From Lytechinus pictus (taxonomy: Eukaryota): DNA of 60,000 bases. Within the stretch, counting starts at the first letter, position 1. The number at the start of each line of letters is the position of its first letter. Shown here one piece after another: positions 24,831-38,800 of the stretch. The translations under genes and the position numbers were made by a program. The notes below the pieces were generated by a model that saw only the letters and a list, made by a program, of their open reading frames with translations, was not told the origin of the DNA and did not search any database. The stretch covers positions 31,808,001 through 31,868,000 of the forward strand of contig NC_087245.1 of the NCBI RefSeq assembly GCF_037042905.1. The letters are read 5' to 3'.

Positions 24831-25219
24831 CGAACTTGATATTTTGTTGCGCGCGGATTTCTCCTTTTATCATTTCATCCGATTTATGGTATTGTTGGGG
24901 TGATTCAATCCTTAGAGCTGAACTGTTGTTTTCCAGGATATTTATACGGCAACACGTGATACCCATCTTCATTGGAGGATATTTTTGTTGATAGTTTTGC
25001 TTTACAGTACACCGGAGGCCCCAGCTAGTGTCGTCGATAATTATATTTGCTCTTTTCTCATCGCTTGGATAAAGTTTTGAGTCATGCAATTTACTCGCTC
25101 TGAACTGCTCTTCGAAATCTTTGGAATTCAAATCACTTTCACTCGGGTGTCAAATTGAAAGGATATTCATTGGACAGCATTCAAATTTGAACGATTTCTG
25201 CATATTTGCTACCGATGAT
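24770..25219 (+). other. Putative non-coding exon 1 of the GABA-B-like receptor gene
   Basis: Ends at GAT|GTAAGT (25220) and is free of repeats. The nearest matching acceptor of a recognisable gene is at 43896. The start is approximate. Confidence 0.45.
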
Positions 25220-25536
25220 GTAAGTAAACATTTCCTTATATTTTCCGATTGAGTGCTTGATATTGATTAAATTTATTTTTTGTTTCTTTACAATCGTTTA
25301 ATCGTCTCCGATTGATAATGATTGACATTTGAATGCATTCATCCAATTACTTTGACAATCGCTTAACTGACAATGAGAGGTGTAATTCATATTTGGAGGA
25401 TCAAACATAATGAAAATTTATGATGCTCGAATAAAGAAGAAGAATATTTCGATTTGTTTATGAATATAAATATTGTTGATATACATGAAGTCAATCAACG
25501 TGACAACGATATTCCTGATACACGTGATTTACACAA

Positions 25537-25856
25537 TGGCCCTTATTCTGAAATCAGGTTTAACTTAGAACACGGTCTAACTCTGTGATAAAATTATGGG
25601 AAGCCAAAAATTCAAAAATTTCTACCTATATTGTATATTTCTCATGTTTACTTCTTTGTTTCCTTTTGCTTTCATAACGAAGAATAATGCTTCAAAATAC
25701 TTTTACCATTCCCAGACAATTATGAACGACTTGAGTGTCAAAAAGGTTAATAGATTGGATGTGTTTTGTTAGTGATTTACGCTCAAATTGGTTATCCATA
25801 GTTAAACCACAACTTTAATCCAGGGTTTAATTTAAACCAGTGTTCAGAAAACGGGT
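25537..25856. mobile_element. MITE (GGCCCTTATTCTGAA...TTCAGAAAACGGG)
   Basis: Imperfect TIRs; a fragment of the same family lies at about 52720-52800. Confidence 0.6.
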
Positions 25857-26496
25857 GATACAATTATTGTTATAAATGAAATCTAAACTTTTTTAAAAGC
25901 TTGATTTGTAATGCAGAAATAGACGCAGGCACTTCGAGGATCTTCAAATTGGGCAACGATATTAAAATCTAAATTTGAAATATTTAAGAAATAACAAAAC
26001 GAAACAATACGATTTCAAGGCACTTCATTTTTTTTTCCTTTTTCAGGTGTATTTAAGTAGGCCTAAATGGAAAATTATAAAGAAAATATTTGCATTTTGT
26101 AAAAAAATTATTCATCATGTTATCTTGGAATGCCACCAAATTCTTAAATTCACTATAATTCCTGTAAACATACATTGTCATAAATTAAAAAAAAAATTGT
26201 AATACGTAAAAATATGAAATCTGTGAATTCCGCAGACATAAATGTTTTTTTTTTATTAGCCCAATATTCAATAAAGAAATTAATTTACATTGTAAATTAT
26301 TTTCAAGTGAAATTATACAAGAGTTTGTCGATGACATGCTTTTAAAAATTGATTGTTTATGGATAGTGTATCGGTTGCATAAATTGGGGATTTGTGATGT
26401 GTCATTTTTTTTACTCTCACGGTATAATTATCACGAAATAGCGATATACCAGATTAGCTATCTTTCTTCTTATAAATGAATTCTTCAATCTTTATT

Positions 26497-26645
26497 TCAA
26501 TCCATCCCTCTACCTATATCATTCTATCCATCCATCCATCCATCCACACATCCATTCATATATATCTATCTATCTATCTATTATCTATCTATCTATCCAT
26601 CTATCCATCCATCCATCCATCCGTCTATCTATCTATCTATCTATG
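26497..26645. repeat. Compound (TCCA)n/(TCTA)n microsatellite
   Basis: Direct reading of the sequence. Confidence 0.9.
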
Positions 26646-29600
26646 CTTATACCCTTTATAAGAGTATTTTACCCCGTTGACTGAACCTCTCTGTTTTCTG
26701 GTAATTGTTATTGAAGAACCAAAACCACAAACCATGAGCATGATGAATACACCAACCTGTGATTGAAATTCGTTATTTAATACAGAGATCAATTACCACC
26801 AGTATTTCCAATTGTTTATGATTTGGAGATTTGAGAGTCAACAAGTATCATATATTTATAAGAAAAACGAATCTTTAAATCATTATTTCTTAGAGCATTT
26901 AAAGTCGCAATAATTTGAATAATGGAGCACATTAATTTGATTGAAACATTTTGAATGTTCTCTGTGTAGAAGGTATTCAAAGCTTGTCACCGCATATCAG
27001 AAAACGCAGAATCAAGATTTCAAACTTAATTGATCGTGAAAAGTATTGGTTTGTTTACCCCATATCGACGGATTGTATCATTGTATCATTTTTTTTAATT
27101 TTTCCTCATTTTCCTGACCGCTAAGTCAATTTTATTTGCATTAATGTGTCCATATTATTATGTTCCCCTTTTTTCATGATTATATCATACTAATTACACA
27201 GACCATATCTGTTCATGCTATTCTTTTTTCCCTTTTTTGACCCCCCCCCCTTCAGTTTTTTATCGCTCGAAAACAAAATCAGGGGACATAGGTGGGGCTC
27301 GCTCTCTGCGCCTTGTATCACAACCCCTGCATAAATGTTTAATGTTATACTCAATGGCATAATGATTCAAATATTTTGAGAGGGGCACACATGGCGTATG
27401 GAGCAAAATTTCTTTAAGGCTTCGAGTGGGTGAGGCGTGCGAGCAAAATAATATTTGGACTTTTTCATACAAAATATAATTTTGTATAAAAGTTTTTGTC
27501 ATATTATCCAGGAAAAAAAAATCAACCTAAAGTATCCCTTTCCTTTTCTCCCTTTTTAGGTCGGAAAACCACCCCGTCGGTACTGTAGTGGTCGTAATTT
27601 GATGCACATAATTCTGACCCCCCCCCCCAGTTGGTTGTAAATCATGTAAAAAAAATGTTGCTGTTTGAAAATCTGGGGAAAGGGGTGGGGCATCACTCTC
27701 CGCGTGGCGTGCTTGGCCTGCTTGAATCGTCACGTGTTTTTCTTCATCTTATTTGAATTGTTTACGGTATAATCACTTGTTCTAGATGAGAATAACACTT
27801 TCAACACTGGTAGAATATCAAGTTATTTGATGTCACTATTTTTTTGCCTCACATCACATTTGGGAGTTTCCCTGCTCGCGTCATTTGTATAGGGTGCCAT
27901 TTCTAAATTTAGTTTATATTTGGTTTAGATTACGCCATTTAGGGAGATAATCTGAATTTGTCCGACACTGGAAAGAACCAGGCCACCTGAAAGTATAAGA
28001 CCCCCTATAGTTTGAAAATATTTTCGACTGATTTAAAGAGCACACCACAAGAGATAACACAGAGACGTGTTTCACAATAATTATATCATGGAGCTACCAC
28101 TTAGTATAGCTAAGTTATTAAATTGATATACCTGCAAACTTTGTGTATAGTTATCTAGTGCCGTACACTCTGGACGATGGGGTGCTGGTTTTGCGCTTTT
28201 GGGTGCTTGTGGAGTGGCTGCCCTTTGGGAGAACTTTTTTTGTTTGTTTTAGTGAAATTTAACTTGAATCAAGTTACTGTTTAGGTTCCCAGAGTGTTGA
28301 ATTGTCACTTTGTCATCAGAGTGTGGATACTGCTGTTTTAAATATTGATACATGTATGTATTTTGCATCATGATATTGTAACTTTATATGTTTTTTAACC
28401 TTGTAAACTCAGGACATTGATGTAAAACAGCAATTCAGCTGATCTTTTTTTCCAGTATAAATATTTTCTGACAAATAAATAAATATCTATTCATTTACGC
28501 AAATCAGATAAATACGCCTCTTGGTCCATACCCACTTGGTCGACAATCGACATTCAGAGTTTGGTCTCATCTTCTCCTTTTACAATCAGTACATCTACTA
28601 ACCATTTGGTTTCATTGCCATTTCGCCCATTTATTTTTTTACTTGTTTCTAGTTAGACCATATCCATTTCATATAATACCCTCTTGATCTGACACCACTT
28701 AATGCAATTGTGGTTAGAAGAACGATTTATAAACCAAATTTTCATTTGACAAAGTAAACAAAAATAATATTGATTGATTGATTATATTCGTCAAGAATAT
28801 CACAGGATAGACCATGAAAGCCGAAAGGCTTTTATTTCCGATGGGGTCCTATTGTTAGTATAAAACGTTAATATATTGTAACAACAAAAAAGTACAAACT
28901 ACGAAAAGTACTGGAATATGGTTTAAAAAAATACATATCCATCGATCAAATAATTTGCAAAACACTAAGATTATATTTTAACATATCCTACATTATCTAC
29001 AATACTAGAAACCAACTGTACAAAATGTGTGATTTTTACTGGTAATACTGTTCTCGAGTAGATTCCAGGTTTAGGTGTTTCTTTAGTGCACTATTACAGT
29101 GAGGAAATTTTTAACAGCTTTTACTTAATAAGTAGACGAAATGTAAATTAGACCAACTGGGTATTAGACTAAATGGAAATTAAACTACGTTGGCATTATA
29201 CCAAGTGCAGTGTATAGACCAATGGCAATTAGAGTCAATGGATAAAAGAAAAGATGGGTTAAGCCCATGAGCAGTTAGAATGTCTGATAAGTAGACCAAC
29301 GAAGAAGAGAAAACAAACCGTAAATTTGTGCTTTGATGTAGTTTAACACAAAATAACATCGCTGTTTATTTTTTTATACAAAACTGTTTATTACATTATG
29401 AACTTTCTATAGTAGTTGTTTAACAGTTAATAAACAAGTGTTAACAACATCTCCAACAACAAAGTCGAGCTTGCAATATTTAATCTACAAAGAATCAAGC
29501 ATGGTTGTTTTAATTGTTAAACAGCTTCAAGTATAATAGTATACAGCGTTGTATAATTTTTAATCAAAATTTTTACTGGGTACTCCACAATATGTTAAAT

Positions 29601-30461
29601 AGGTTTAGAGCCCCCTATTTTGTAAGTCATGCGAAAAAGACCTTGTCTCTACCCACTATACTTTGAGAAAAAAGAAAAACATTAATTGAATGCTATTCTA
29701 ATGACACGACATATCTTGTTACTTAAAATATCAAACAATTTTGTCAGATTTGGCTATGAATATCAGCCGAGTTAAAAGTTAGTTAATGAAATGATCATTG
29801 ATTTGGAAAAAGAGACTACATTCAAGCAAACTTGGTCCCCATAACTTACTCATAAAATTTTATTCAGTAATAACTAAATTGGGCAAAACAAGCTTCCGGG
29901 ACTTGACTATTTCCGGGACTTGAAATTTGATTTATAAAAAAAATTATCGGAATTATAACCCTTTTAACAAACCAGCCCATGGGACGAAAAGCCTTGAGCA
30001 GATACAATAAAATGATGAAATCTTCCATCACATTTGCGTAAAGTATATATTTCCCAAAAGCTCACTTCAGCGATTCTTATTAAGAATGGAAGTTTTTTTT
30101 CCAATTACGAGTTGTCATGGGTTTTTACATTCCCTTCTACCTCCTTTTTTTGCGTAACATATTTTTTTTTATCCAGGGTATCAAGATGTATTTTATTGCT
30201 GAAGGCTATATTGTTTCCCTCATGGAATCTCCACAGAAATTGAGAAATAAAAATAAATGGAGTGAGTGATTGTGTGTCTGTTTCTGCAGGTGCCTGGATG
30301 CGTGCGAGAGCGCGGGTTTCGAGGGTATGCGAGGGAGAGGGTGTGTGTCATGGTGGGTGGGTGTAGGTGTGGGTGGGTGTATGATATAGGCAGAGGAACA
30401 GAAAGAGAGAGGGGAGGGGTAGAAAGGGAAATTGAGAGAGAAAGAATCAGAGAGAGAGAGA

Positions 30462-31504
30462 TTTCGAAGAAAATAATGGTACGTTTCCACTATGTTCTCG
30501 ATTATCACGCGCGGCCGTCACGTTTTCCGAAACTAGCCGTTCGCATTTTTATTCGGGGGGGGGGGGGAAGACGCATTAAATTTTTGTTAATGCAACTCGA
30601 AAGCGAGGGAGCGAATCGACCGAGCTTGTCAGTGGGAGCTTTTGCATTTTCTAAAGTGAAATCGAATGAATTTTTGCACACATTTGGTTAATTTAATAAA
30701 AAATTTCAGAAAAAATGAAATTTATCTAAATTTATCGGGGTAGGGGCAACTGCTACTGTTTTTTTTTTTGGTTACAATTGTTTTCAAGTTCTGGTAGGAC
30801 TGGCTACGTTTTGTTACGGACATTCATATAGTATTCAGCGTTTTCGTGAACTTTCCCGTCATGCAACTTGAAGTCTCCATTAATGCTGGACAGACCGGGT
30901 GCCGTTTCATAAAGCTGTTCGTAAGTTAAGAGCGATTTTAAGAACGACTGGTGATCCTTTCTTGTGGTAAATGGTATTGAATTGGCGATTGTTTAGCGCG
31001 TATAAGAAGGGTTCACCAGATGTTCTTAAAGTCGCTCTTAACTTAAGAACAGCTTTATGAAACGGCACCCGGTCTGTCCAGCATTAATGGAGACTTCAAG
31101 TTACATGACGGGAAAGTTTACGAAAACGCTGAATACTATATGAATGTCCGTAACAAAACGTAGCCAGTCCTACCAGAACTTGAAAACAATTGTAACAAAA
31201 AAAAAAACAGTAGCAGTTGCCCCTACCCCTTTAAATTTAGAAAAATTACATTTTTTCTGATTTTTTATTAAATTAACCAAATGTGTGCAAAAATTCCTTC
31301 GATTTCACTTTAGAAAATGCAAAAGCTCCCACTGACAAGCTCGGTCGATTCGCTCCCTCGCTTACGAGTTGCATTAAAAAAGATTTCATGCGTCTTCCCC
31401 CTCCCCCCCGGAAAAAAAATGCGAACGGCTAGTTTCGGAAAAACGTGACGGCCGCGCGTGATAATCGAGAACATAGTGGAAACGTACCATTATTTTCTTC
31501 GAAA
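30462..31504. repeat. 1043-bp near-perfect palindrome (inverted duplication) centred on a MITE
   Basis: TTTCGAAGAAAATAATGGTACGTTTCCACTATG... at 30462 is the reverse complement of ...CATAGTGGAAACGTACCATTATTTTCTTCGAAA ending at 31504. The arms pair with few mismatches up to a central spacer of about 40 bp. Confidence 0.95.
30895..31072. mobile_element. MITE (CCGGGTGCCGTTTCATAAAGCTGTTCGTAAGTTAAGAGCGA TIRs)
   Basis: TIRs of about 70 bp; same family as the split copy at 35803-35946 plus 40693-40738. Confidence 0.85.
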
Positions 31505-31733
31505 GCAAATGTTGGGCAACATACTGTCCACCGTGTTGGGTAATATATGTAGGTAAAATAAATATATATATATATATTCTGGGCAATTATTATCCAGTTG
31601 AGCAAATTTATTACCCAATTATTAGTTTCTATTACCCAATTTTGACAGATTTTAACGAATAGTTGAATGGACAGTATGTTGCCCAGGGTCGGTTAAAAGT
31701 TGGACATTTTTTGCCCAACCATCTTAAGAGTGT
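31505..31733. mobile_element. TA-flanked MITE with an apparently truncated left terminus
   Basis: The right end ...GGACAGTATGTTGCCCAG...TCTTAAGAGTGTA is intact. The left side starts at AAATGTTGGGCAACATACTGTCC and lacks the TACACTCTTAA terminus. Confidence 0.7.
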
Positions 31734-32829
31734 AATAATAATAAAGTCATAATAAAAACGTAATCAAATCTTTAGGAAGAGCACCCGACTAAACAACACT
31801 TTCAGGAAGGTTTAAAATAATTGTCATCACCCAGGCCTCACGGGATACCAATAAAACTTCAATAAGCATTCTAATTCATTTACAGATTGGAAATATAAGA
31901 TGTGGACATTATTTTTGAAGGAAAATTCTGATATGAAAGTCATGGATTTAATCGCTGTAGGATATTTTCCGACTCTTCATTTCACAAGAGAAATGCAAAT
32001 AGTTTATTGTTGAAGTCAGCAGGGAATCGCTCTTAAGGCAATTTTGCTCAATTTGATCAAATTTTGTGTTTTAATTTGGTAACACAATAAATTGTTTTTA
32101 TTCTCTTGAGTTTTGATACCACAGGAAGTCCCTAGTCACTTACTTAAATATATGATCAAATATATATTGACTCGACAATGAAGACTTTTTTACTGTCAAA
32201 CGAATTTCAGGCAGTAAGCGGGAATGCATTTTTTTTTATTCTTTAAAAACCTGATTCGGTTACAAATTGTTTCAATTCCAGCAGGATTCCAGCTACATGT
32301 ATATTCTTCCTAAATCGACGGTATTGGACGGATAGTAACTAGGCCTTTTACCCAGAAGTCAGTCGGGAAGTCCGCTGTCTGTTTGCTTTGAAGACCTTAA
32401 AGGCATTAGTGATAGGTTTGGATAGAGTGATATCCATCCTTTGGATTTGATGGCTGTTTTGTTGACGAGAAGTCACGGTTTAAACTAATTTCTGACAGCA
32501 TGAGCTTGATACGTCTGGTGTACAAATATGAATAACACAGATATGTCAAAGGAACGCGCGATTTAATATTTCACCGTGCACACCAACGTGCTTGCGCCGA
32601 AGTCACGTGAAGTCCTTTCCAAAGTAACTGACGCGCCTTTTGTCGTGTGAATAACTTTTATAGGTAAAAGAAGGAGGAGAGTTCGGAAATTTCAAGAAAA
32701 CTATCATGCAAATACTCAAACGATAAATAGAAGGAATCGACATATAGGGTGTAATAAAGGTCGAAAATTGCAGTTAGATTAAAAGTATATGGAGGCAGTT
32801 TTATTTTTTGAAGAAAAAAAACGTCGTAG

Positions 32830-33000
32830 GGAGAAGAAAAAGAAGAAGAGGAAGAGGATGAGGAGGAAGAAGGAGAAGAAGAAGATGAAGAAGAAGGAGA
32901 AGAAGAAGATGAAGAAGAAGTTGAAGAAGGAGAAGAAGTTGAAGTAGGAGAATAAGTTAAAGAAGAAGAGGATGAAGACGAAGGAGAAGGAGGAGAACCA
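32830..33000. repeat. Polypurine (GAA/GAG/GAT)n low-complexity tract; a second tract at about 33480-33612
   Basis: Direct reading of the sequence. Confidence 0.9.
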
Positions 33001-35802
33001 ACAAATAATAATGAGTAAGGAGAAAAATAAGCCCCCCCCAAAAAAAAAAAAAAAAAAATCAGAGAAAAAGAAGATCAATGAAGATTCACATGGAAAGGAG
33101 ACTAAAGGAAATTAATTGGATTTTAAAAAAAAAATCCAAATTTGATTTTAAAAATCATTTTGAAGCGCATGAACGTGATTAGAAAAGGTCAAACGGTAAT
33201 TCTTTTTTAGTATCACCTCTATTCAAAACAAAACAAAGGGAGGGTTACATACAATGAAAATAAGTCCAGGTTACTCTTTTTTAAGGACAAAGTACAGGAA
33301 TAATAATAAGAGTGCAGATACACAGTATATAACATACAACAATAAAATTTACATAAAACGGTTATACATGTGTGATTGCAGAAAAGAAAATTGAAAAAGT
33401 TAATCATGCACACACCCTTACAACTGAAATGGAGAGAGCATAGAATGATAGAGAGGAGATAGAAAGAATGAATTTGAAGAAGAGATATAGGATGAAGAAA
33501 AGTGTATAATGAAAAGAAGAAGAAGTAGAAAAAAAAAGACATAGGAGAAGAAGAAGAGGACGTAGAATAAGAAGAAGAAAGAGAAGGAGAAAAAGAGAAG
33601 AAGAAAAAAGGAAGTGGAATACAAAGTTTCGTGAATTAGAATCATCAGTATTTAGATACATCATGCCAATCCAGACAAAAGAAAAAAACATAAAAAGGGG
33701 AAAAAAGAACATAGTTCGTTAGTTGGACATAAAGATGTCTCGGTAAAGCATGACGTGTTAAGTGGAATGAATACCCTTTCCAACTCCTTCAGATACAAAT
33801 TGAATTTTAAAAACCTCGAGTCTCCAAGGGGTGGAAAATAATCAGCCCTATGAACCTGGGGTGCTTCCTGTATGAATAGGCATCCAAGGGTTCCCACTCT
33901 TATTTTCTTTAAAAGTTTCGTATTGCTTTTTTTTCCAAAGTCCATTCCGCCAAAATTAAAGGAAAGAAAGGGGTGTCTTGCCTGTGAGAAAAAAGCTTAC
34001 TATATTAATTCTCTGAGTATATTTTTCAAAACTCCAAATGGTTATGGACAGTTGTGTGTACTTAAATTTGTTAGTAATGAGAGTGACCTCGTCAGCAGGT
34101 ATGTGCTAATTTATGGCATTTGTTTGCTTGTGCGTATGTGTTTGTTTGGGGGAGAGTGCGTGTGTGTTTGTGTCTAGTGTGTGATTGACAATTATTCCCG
34201 TTTTAAATGTCCAAATACAGAGCATAACAAATAACCACATACATGCATATCATCATAACTTACTGATTATATTTAGCATTTAGGTTAGTTAACCGAAACC
34301 TCGTATTTTATCTATTTTGGTGAATTTTAATCGTCGTATGAAATTGGAAAACGCTTTCATTTTCATTTCTTGATATGATGCATTTATTTGATAATGATTG
34401 ATTTATGGATGGGAATTCGAGAGCGATGATTGAGTAATATTTGCAATAAAACCCAGCCTATTTCTTTTTTCCGATTTCTAAGATAATGTCTCGTGATAAT
34501 TATAAGATTTTCAAGTGGGTGGGGCCTGATTGATGCCCCAGCCTCCCTCACGATTCCGCGACCCTTGTCTTTTAAATGATGGGAGGACCATGTGACATAA
34601 TCGTAATTATTTGACAGCAATAATAGAAATGGTGACGAGAAAAAGTGTATCTTCAAAATGGCCTATGCTGATATTTCGCCGTAAAAGCGCTTGTATTGTA
34701 TTAAAAAAACATTAATCATCAGTCTTATATCATGGAACTTTTCTTGTCTTCAGGTTTTTTTATGAAAAATATTTGTAATGCAAAAGAACGATTTATCTCC
34801 ATGGTTACTTTGGTATTTGTATTTGGTATTAGGATAGAGTTGTCTCACGGAGGTCTTTTCGAAGGTAATTACTAAGCCTTTTGCTCGTATATCATCACAC
34901 ATATCGTATACTCATGGCATTTTAGCACTTGTGATGGCAATATGGGTTCATAATTTCTTTTCATCAATACTGAATCGCATCAATAAATGTCGCCGGTTTA
35001 AACAAAGCAATATAAAACGTTGCATTAAGACATTGTGTTTGTCATCATAAATTCTGAAAACCCCACTAATTTGCATTTTAAATGAAATTAAACCTTCCTA
35101 CGAACCAACATTTAACCGAATGTTTATATCATGATTATGTCGACCCTAGCATTGTCGAAAATTGCAAACCCTTCCAGACATTGGACAAGGTTAATGGGTA
35201 CGCACATAATTTATTAATACAAGATTGATATATTGGAGTTTTTCAATACTGTCTTAATTAGTGGGACAATCCAGGAAATCATTCCATGAAAGTTATCAGC
35301 CACGACAGGTTGTCAGTGCCCGATAGTTACCATAGTAACAGTCAGACACTTGTGTTTCTCGGCCAATCAAATCAAACGACAAAATGTCGATGAAACGTCC
35401 CCAGATTATATGATTAGTGCATAGAGTAAAACAAGCTCTAGATTAGATTTGAATTGTACAGAAGTAATGTTAAAATGATCAAATAATCTTTATTCAAATT
35501 GATACGTTTTAGATATTTTTCTTCATCTCGTTACCTACCACAACCCATCTGAATTTTTTTTTTTACTTCCGCGAAAACGAGGAAATGTATATATTTTTGA
35601 GAAATTTAAATGGTATGGATGTAGGGGTTTGTGGTCACATGGGATTATTCGTATATATTGGGGCGTATTGCAAACAATTTGGAAGTAGATCGTTATTAAT
35701 AAAAGGTGATAAAATAGTGAAATATCGGATTCTTAGTACAGAAATAATAATAATAAAAGATAGGAATTAGATTCAAATGGTGTCATAGAATTCATAACAG
35801 TT

Positions 35803-38800
35803 CTGGGGCCCGTTTCATAAAGCTGTTCGTAAGTTAAGAGCGACTTTAAGAACGACTGGTGATCCTTTCTTATGCGCTAAACCATTGTCAATGAACATTG
35901 TTATGCTTACCATTCACCACAAGAAAGGATCACCAGTTGTTCTTAACCCTTTGCGTGCGACGGGCTTCCACAGAAGCCCAGCGAGTTGTTCACTTAGCTA
36001 CGACGGGCTTCTACAGAAGCCGAGATTTGTTTGGTTTAATTCGATAAAGTTTATCAGCTTTTTCGTAATTGTTATGTACTAAAACCTTTCCCACTATTTC
36101 CTTTATAAACCTATTTCGATAATCAAATGAAAAAAATATACAGCTACGTGGAGAAAAATCCCCAAAATAGGAAATCATTTCAACTTTACCCGAATTTTTC
36201 GTTGGAGTCAGACGGGGAGGATAAATCTTGTGACGTGCACGTACGCGCGCGCACACTAGGCCTGATCACGTGATTTTTTTCTGATCACGTGATTTGTTTT
36301 GATCACGTGATTTGATCCATATCGTTGTTCTGAAAGATAAGCTAAAATCTTTTCTGGAAGATCGTCACGTAATAGCCTACGCGTTTATTTACCATTTTCG
36401 TCTTTTTTGTTTCATCAAGAAGATATCACTCTAGATAGAATGATATCTCTTTGGTTTCATCGATCGATTGTATTTTCAGAAAAACAAAAAGCTTGTAATG
36501 TCTTTTTAGTACTTCGAGCTGATCGCGGTGCACTTTTGAACTTTTTCCCTCCCCATCATCCCTCTTCTCATTATTTTTCTCTACTATTCTAAAAAAAAAT
36601 AGAGAAAAGAAAACAGTTTAGCACACCATTCATCTTCTGCTCTTTTCAAAAGGGAAACGTCCATGTAGTTCATGATATCGGCACTACCCAAACAAAAGAA
36701 TGTATGGGCGGCCACTCAAACAAATTCCTTCCGAAAAGAGCAGGATGCAGATGGTCAACGCCCCGAACAAAAGGAAGATTAGCGTTTATCGGCAAGATTA
36801 CCTATTGAATGCTCTTCGTACTTAGCAATACAAAAAGTTTTTATGAATACTTTTTTCCGACCAACATACCTTATCTAAAAAAAAGAAATAAAATTGTCTC
36901 AATTACCAACAAAACAGGTGCTTATGACATCGGTCAGTGATTCATTTTGCATAAAAGCGCTCCCCCTGGGTGATGATGCATATGACAATGAAATAAGAAT
37001 CATTTAGGGAAATTACAGAAAAAAATGTTTATATGTCACGGAGAACGAGAGAGAATGAGAGACAAAGATAAAACCGGGAATAGACAAGTGCGCGTTTGCT
37101 AAAATTCCATGATATACTTAAACGAATAACAACATGACTTAATTTTTTTTGTTAGATTACTTTAAAAAATCCCTAAACGTTTGTTTGTAGCAACTATGTC
37201 CTCAGATCCTTGTCAAACTGATGACTTTTTATTATTATTGTTTGACCTAGCTCCCCCCCCCCCCCCCGACGGAAATATTCTGACCTTTACACTCTAATAT
37301 TGCTTGTTTGTCTCCTCTCTCCTATTTTCTGTTTTTAATTGCGAGTAACGCGGTAGAAAAGATAAGAATAAAGACCGTCCCGGCAAGTTTTTTCCCCTAT
37401 ACGACCCCCCCCAAAAAAAAATAATGATAAAATATTTAAAAAATCGCATTTGAGATGTTAACCATGGTTAGCATCCAAACCAAAATAAAAAATAAAAAAA
37501 TTATGTTATACAGGGACAGCAATGGAGGAAATAGAATGATATATTATGAGAAATTACGTTATCTTTTGGGAAAGATTACGTTGTCTTTTGGGAAAGATTT
37601 CTATAAAGAAAACATGTTTGCCTGCGTGTCACCAGACAGAACCCTCTCAATCCTACAAACTTTTATTCATGTGTGACCTACACCCCCCCCCACAAAAAAA
37701 GGTTAATACCGACCCATTTTTTTTTTTCCTACTTTTTCGCGAATTTCTTTTTTTACGGGCGAATTGCGCGGTAGAAAAGATTTCATATAGAAAAAATTGT
37801 TTCCTTTAGGGCAAACATTTGGGGCGCTTACCCTGGTTAGCATATAAACCAAAATATCTGATTTTTTAAATAAAAAACAGGGGCCGCTGAGTGTTTTGAT
37901 AATGGAGGGGTTGAGCTGAATGTGGGAGGGAGTGGACTTGCCAAAAAAATCACAAATTTATATAGACTTCGGATTTTTTGTACATGTTTGCTGAAAGGGG
38001 TGAGGACTGAAACTTCCTACCAACTCTGCAGCCTCTGTACTATTAAATAAAATGATTAGAACGATAAAGACAAAAATGAATTCTAACTATTAGGAATGTT
38101 TTTTTATAATTTATTTATTACTTTGTTTTCGGTTGTGAAACCAAGGAGACAAATTGAAAATAGAACAAAACGAAAGAACAAATAAAAAAAACTTTTTATT
38201 GCGTAGGCTATAATTTATTTAAGAAAAAATACTTTCTCTTACTTTCAGTAATTGCTAGCATGGCTTTTTTAAGGGAAAAGATAAATAAAGAAGTTAAGAA
38301 AGTGACAAGAAGAGAGTTGGGAGGTATGATTTCAGACTTACAATTTTAGCCACTTTTACTCGTTTAACTCTGAAATAATTTCAGGATATTACAAATTGAA
38401 TACCGGTGCGCAAACTTCAGGACCAAAATTATGTTATTATCATAGCTGCGTGGAAAATCGAATTAAATGAGACAGATAATTAATGAAAAAATTAAAAAAT
38501 TACTTTTAGTAAAAGTTTGAGGCCTCTGTCTTGCCATTATCCTAAGCCCCAAGTTCACAAAAAATAGTTTAGTCATGCATTTTTATACGATGATCCTCAT
38601 CATCATTTTGTCTTTTGGGATCTTTTTCTACCTACGTGTACGTTATCAATATAGAAAATGGAAGATTATATTAAATCTATTGTGAAGTGACAGTTACAAT
38701 AGTGATTTTAAAAGGTTTTTCGGGATATTATTTGAGAAACGGGGGGGGGGGGGGCTAAATTTTCGACATGATGACCACGATGCAATTGGACGAGAGGCCC

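Noticed and set aside
28100..29070. Possible CR1-type LINE 3' tails (AAAT and CAAT repeats) in both orientations
   Set aside because: Only tail-like composition is visible, with no readable ORF2 remnant; too weak to call.
32658..33712. Ser-rich and Phe-rich ORFs, or a poly-Glu exon on the + strand
   Set aside because: A low-complexity GAA tract with in-frame stops nearby and no convincing splice sites.
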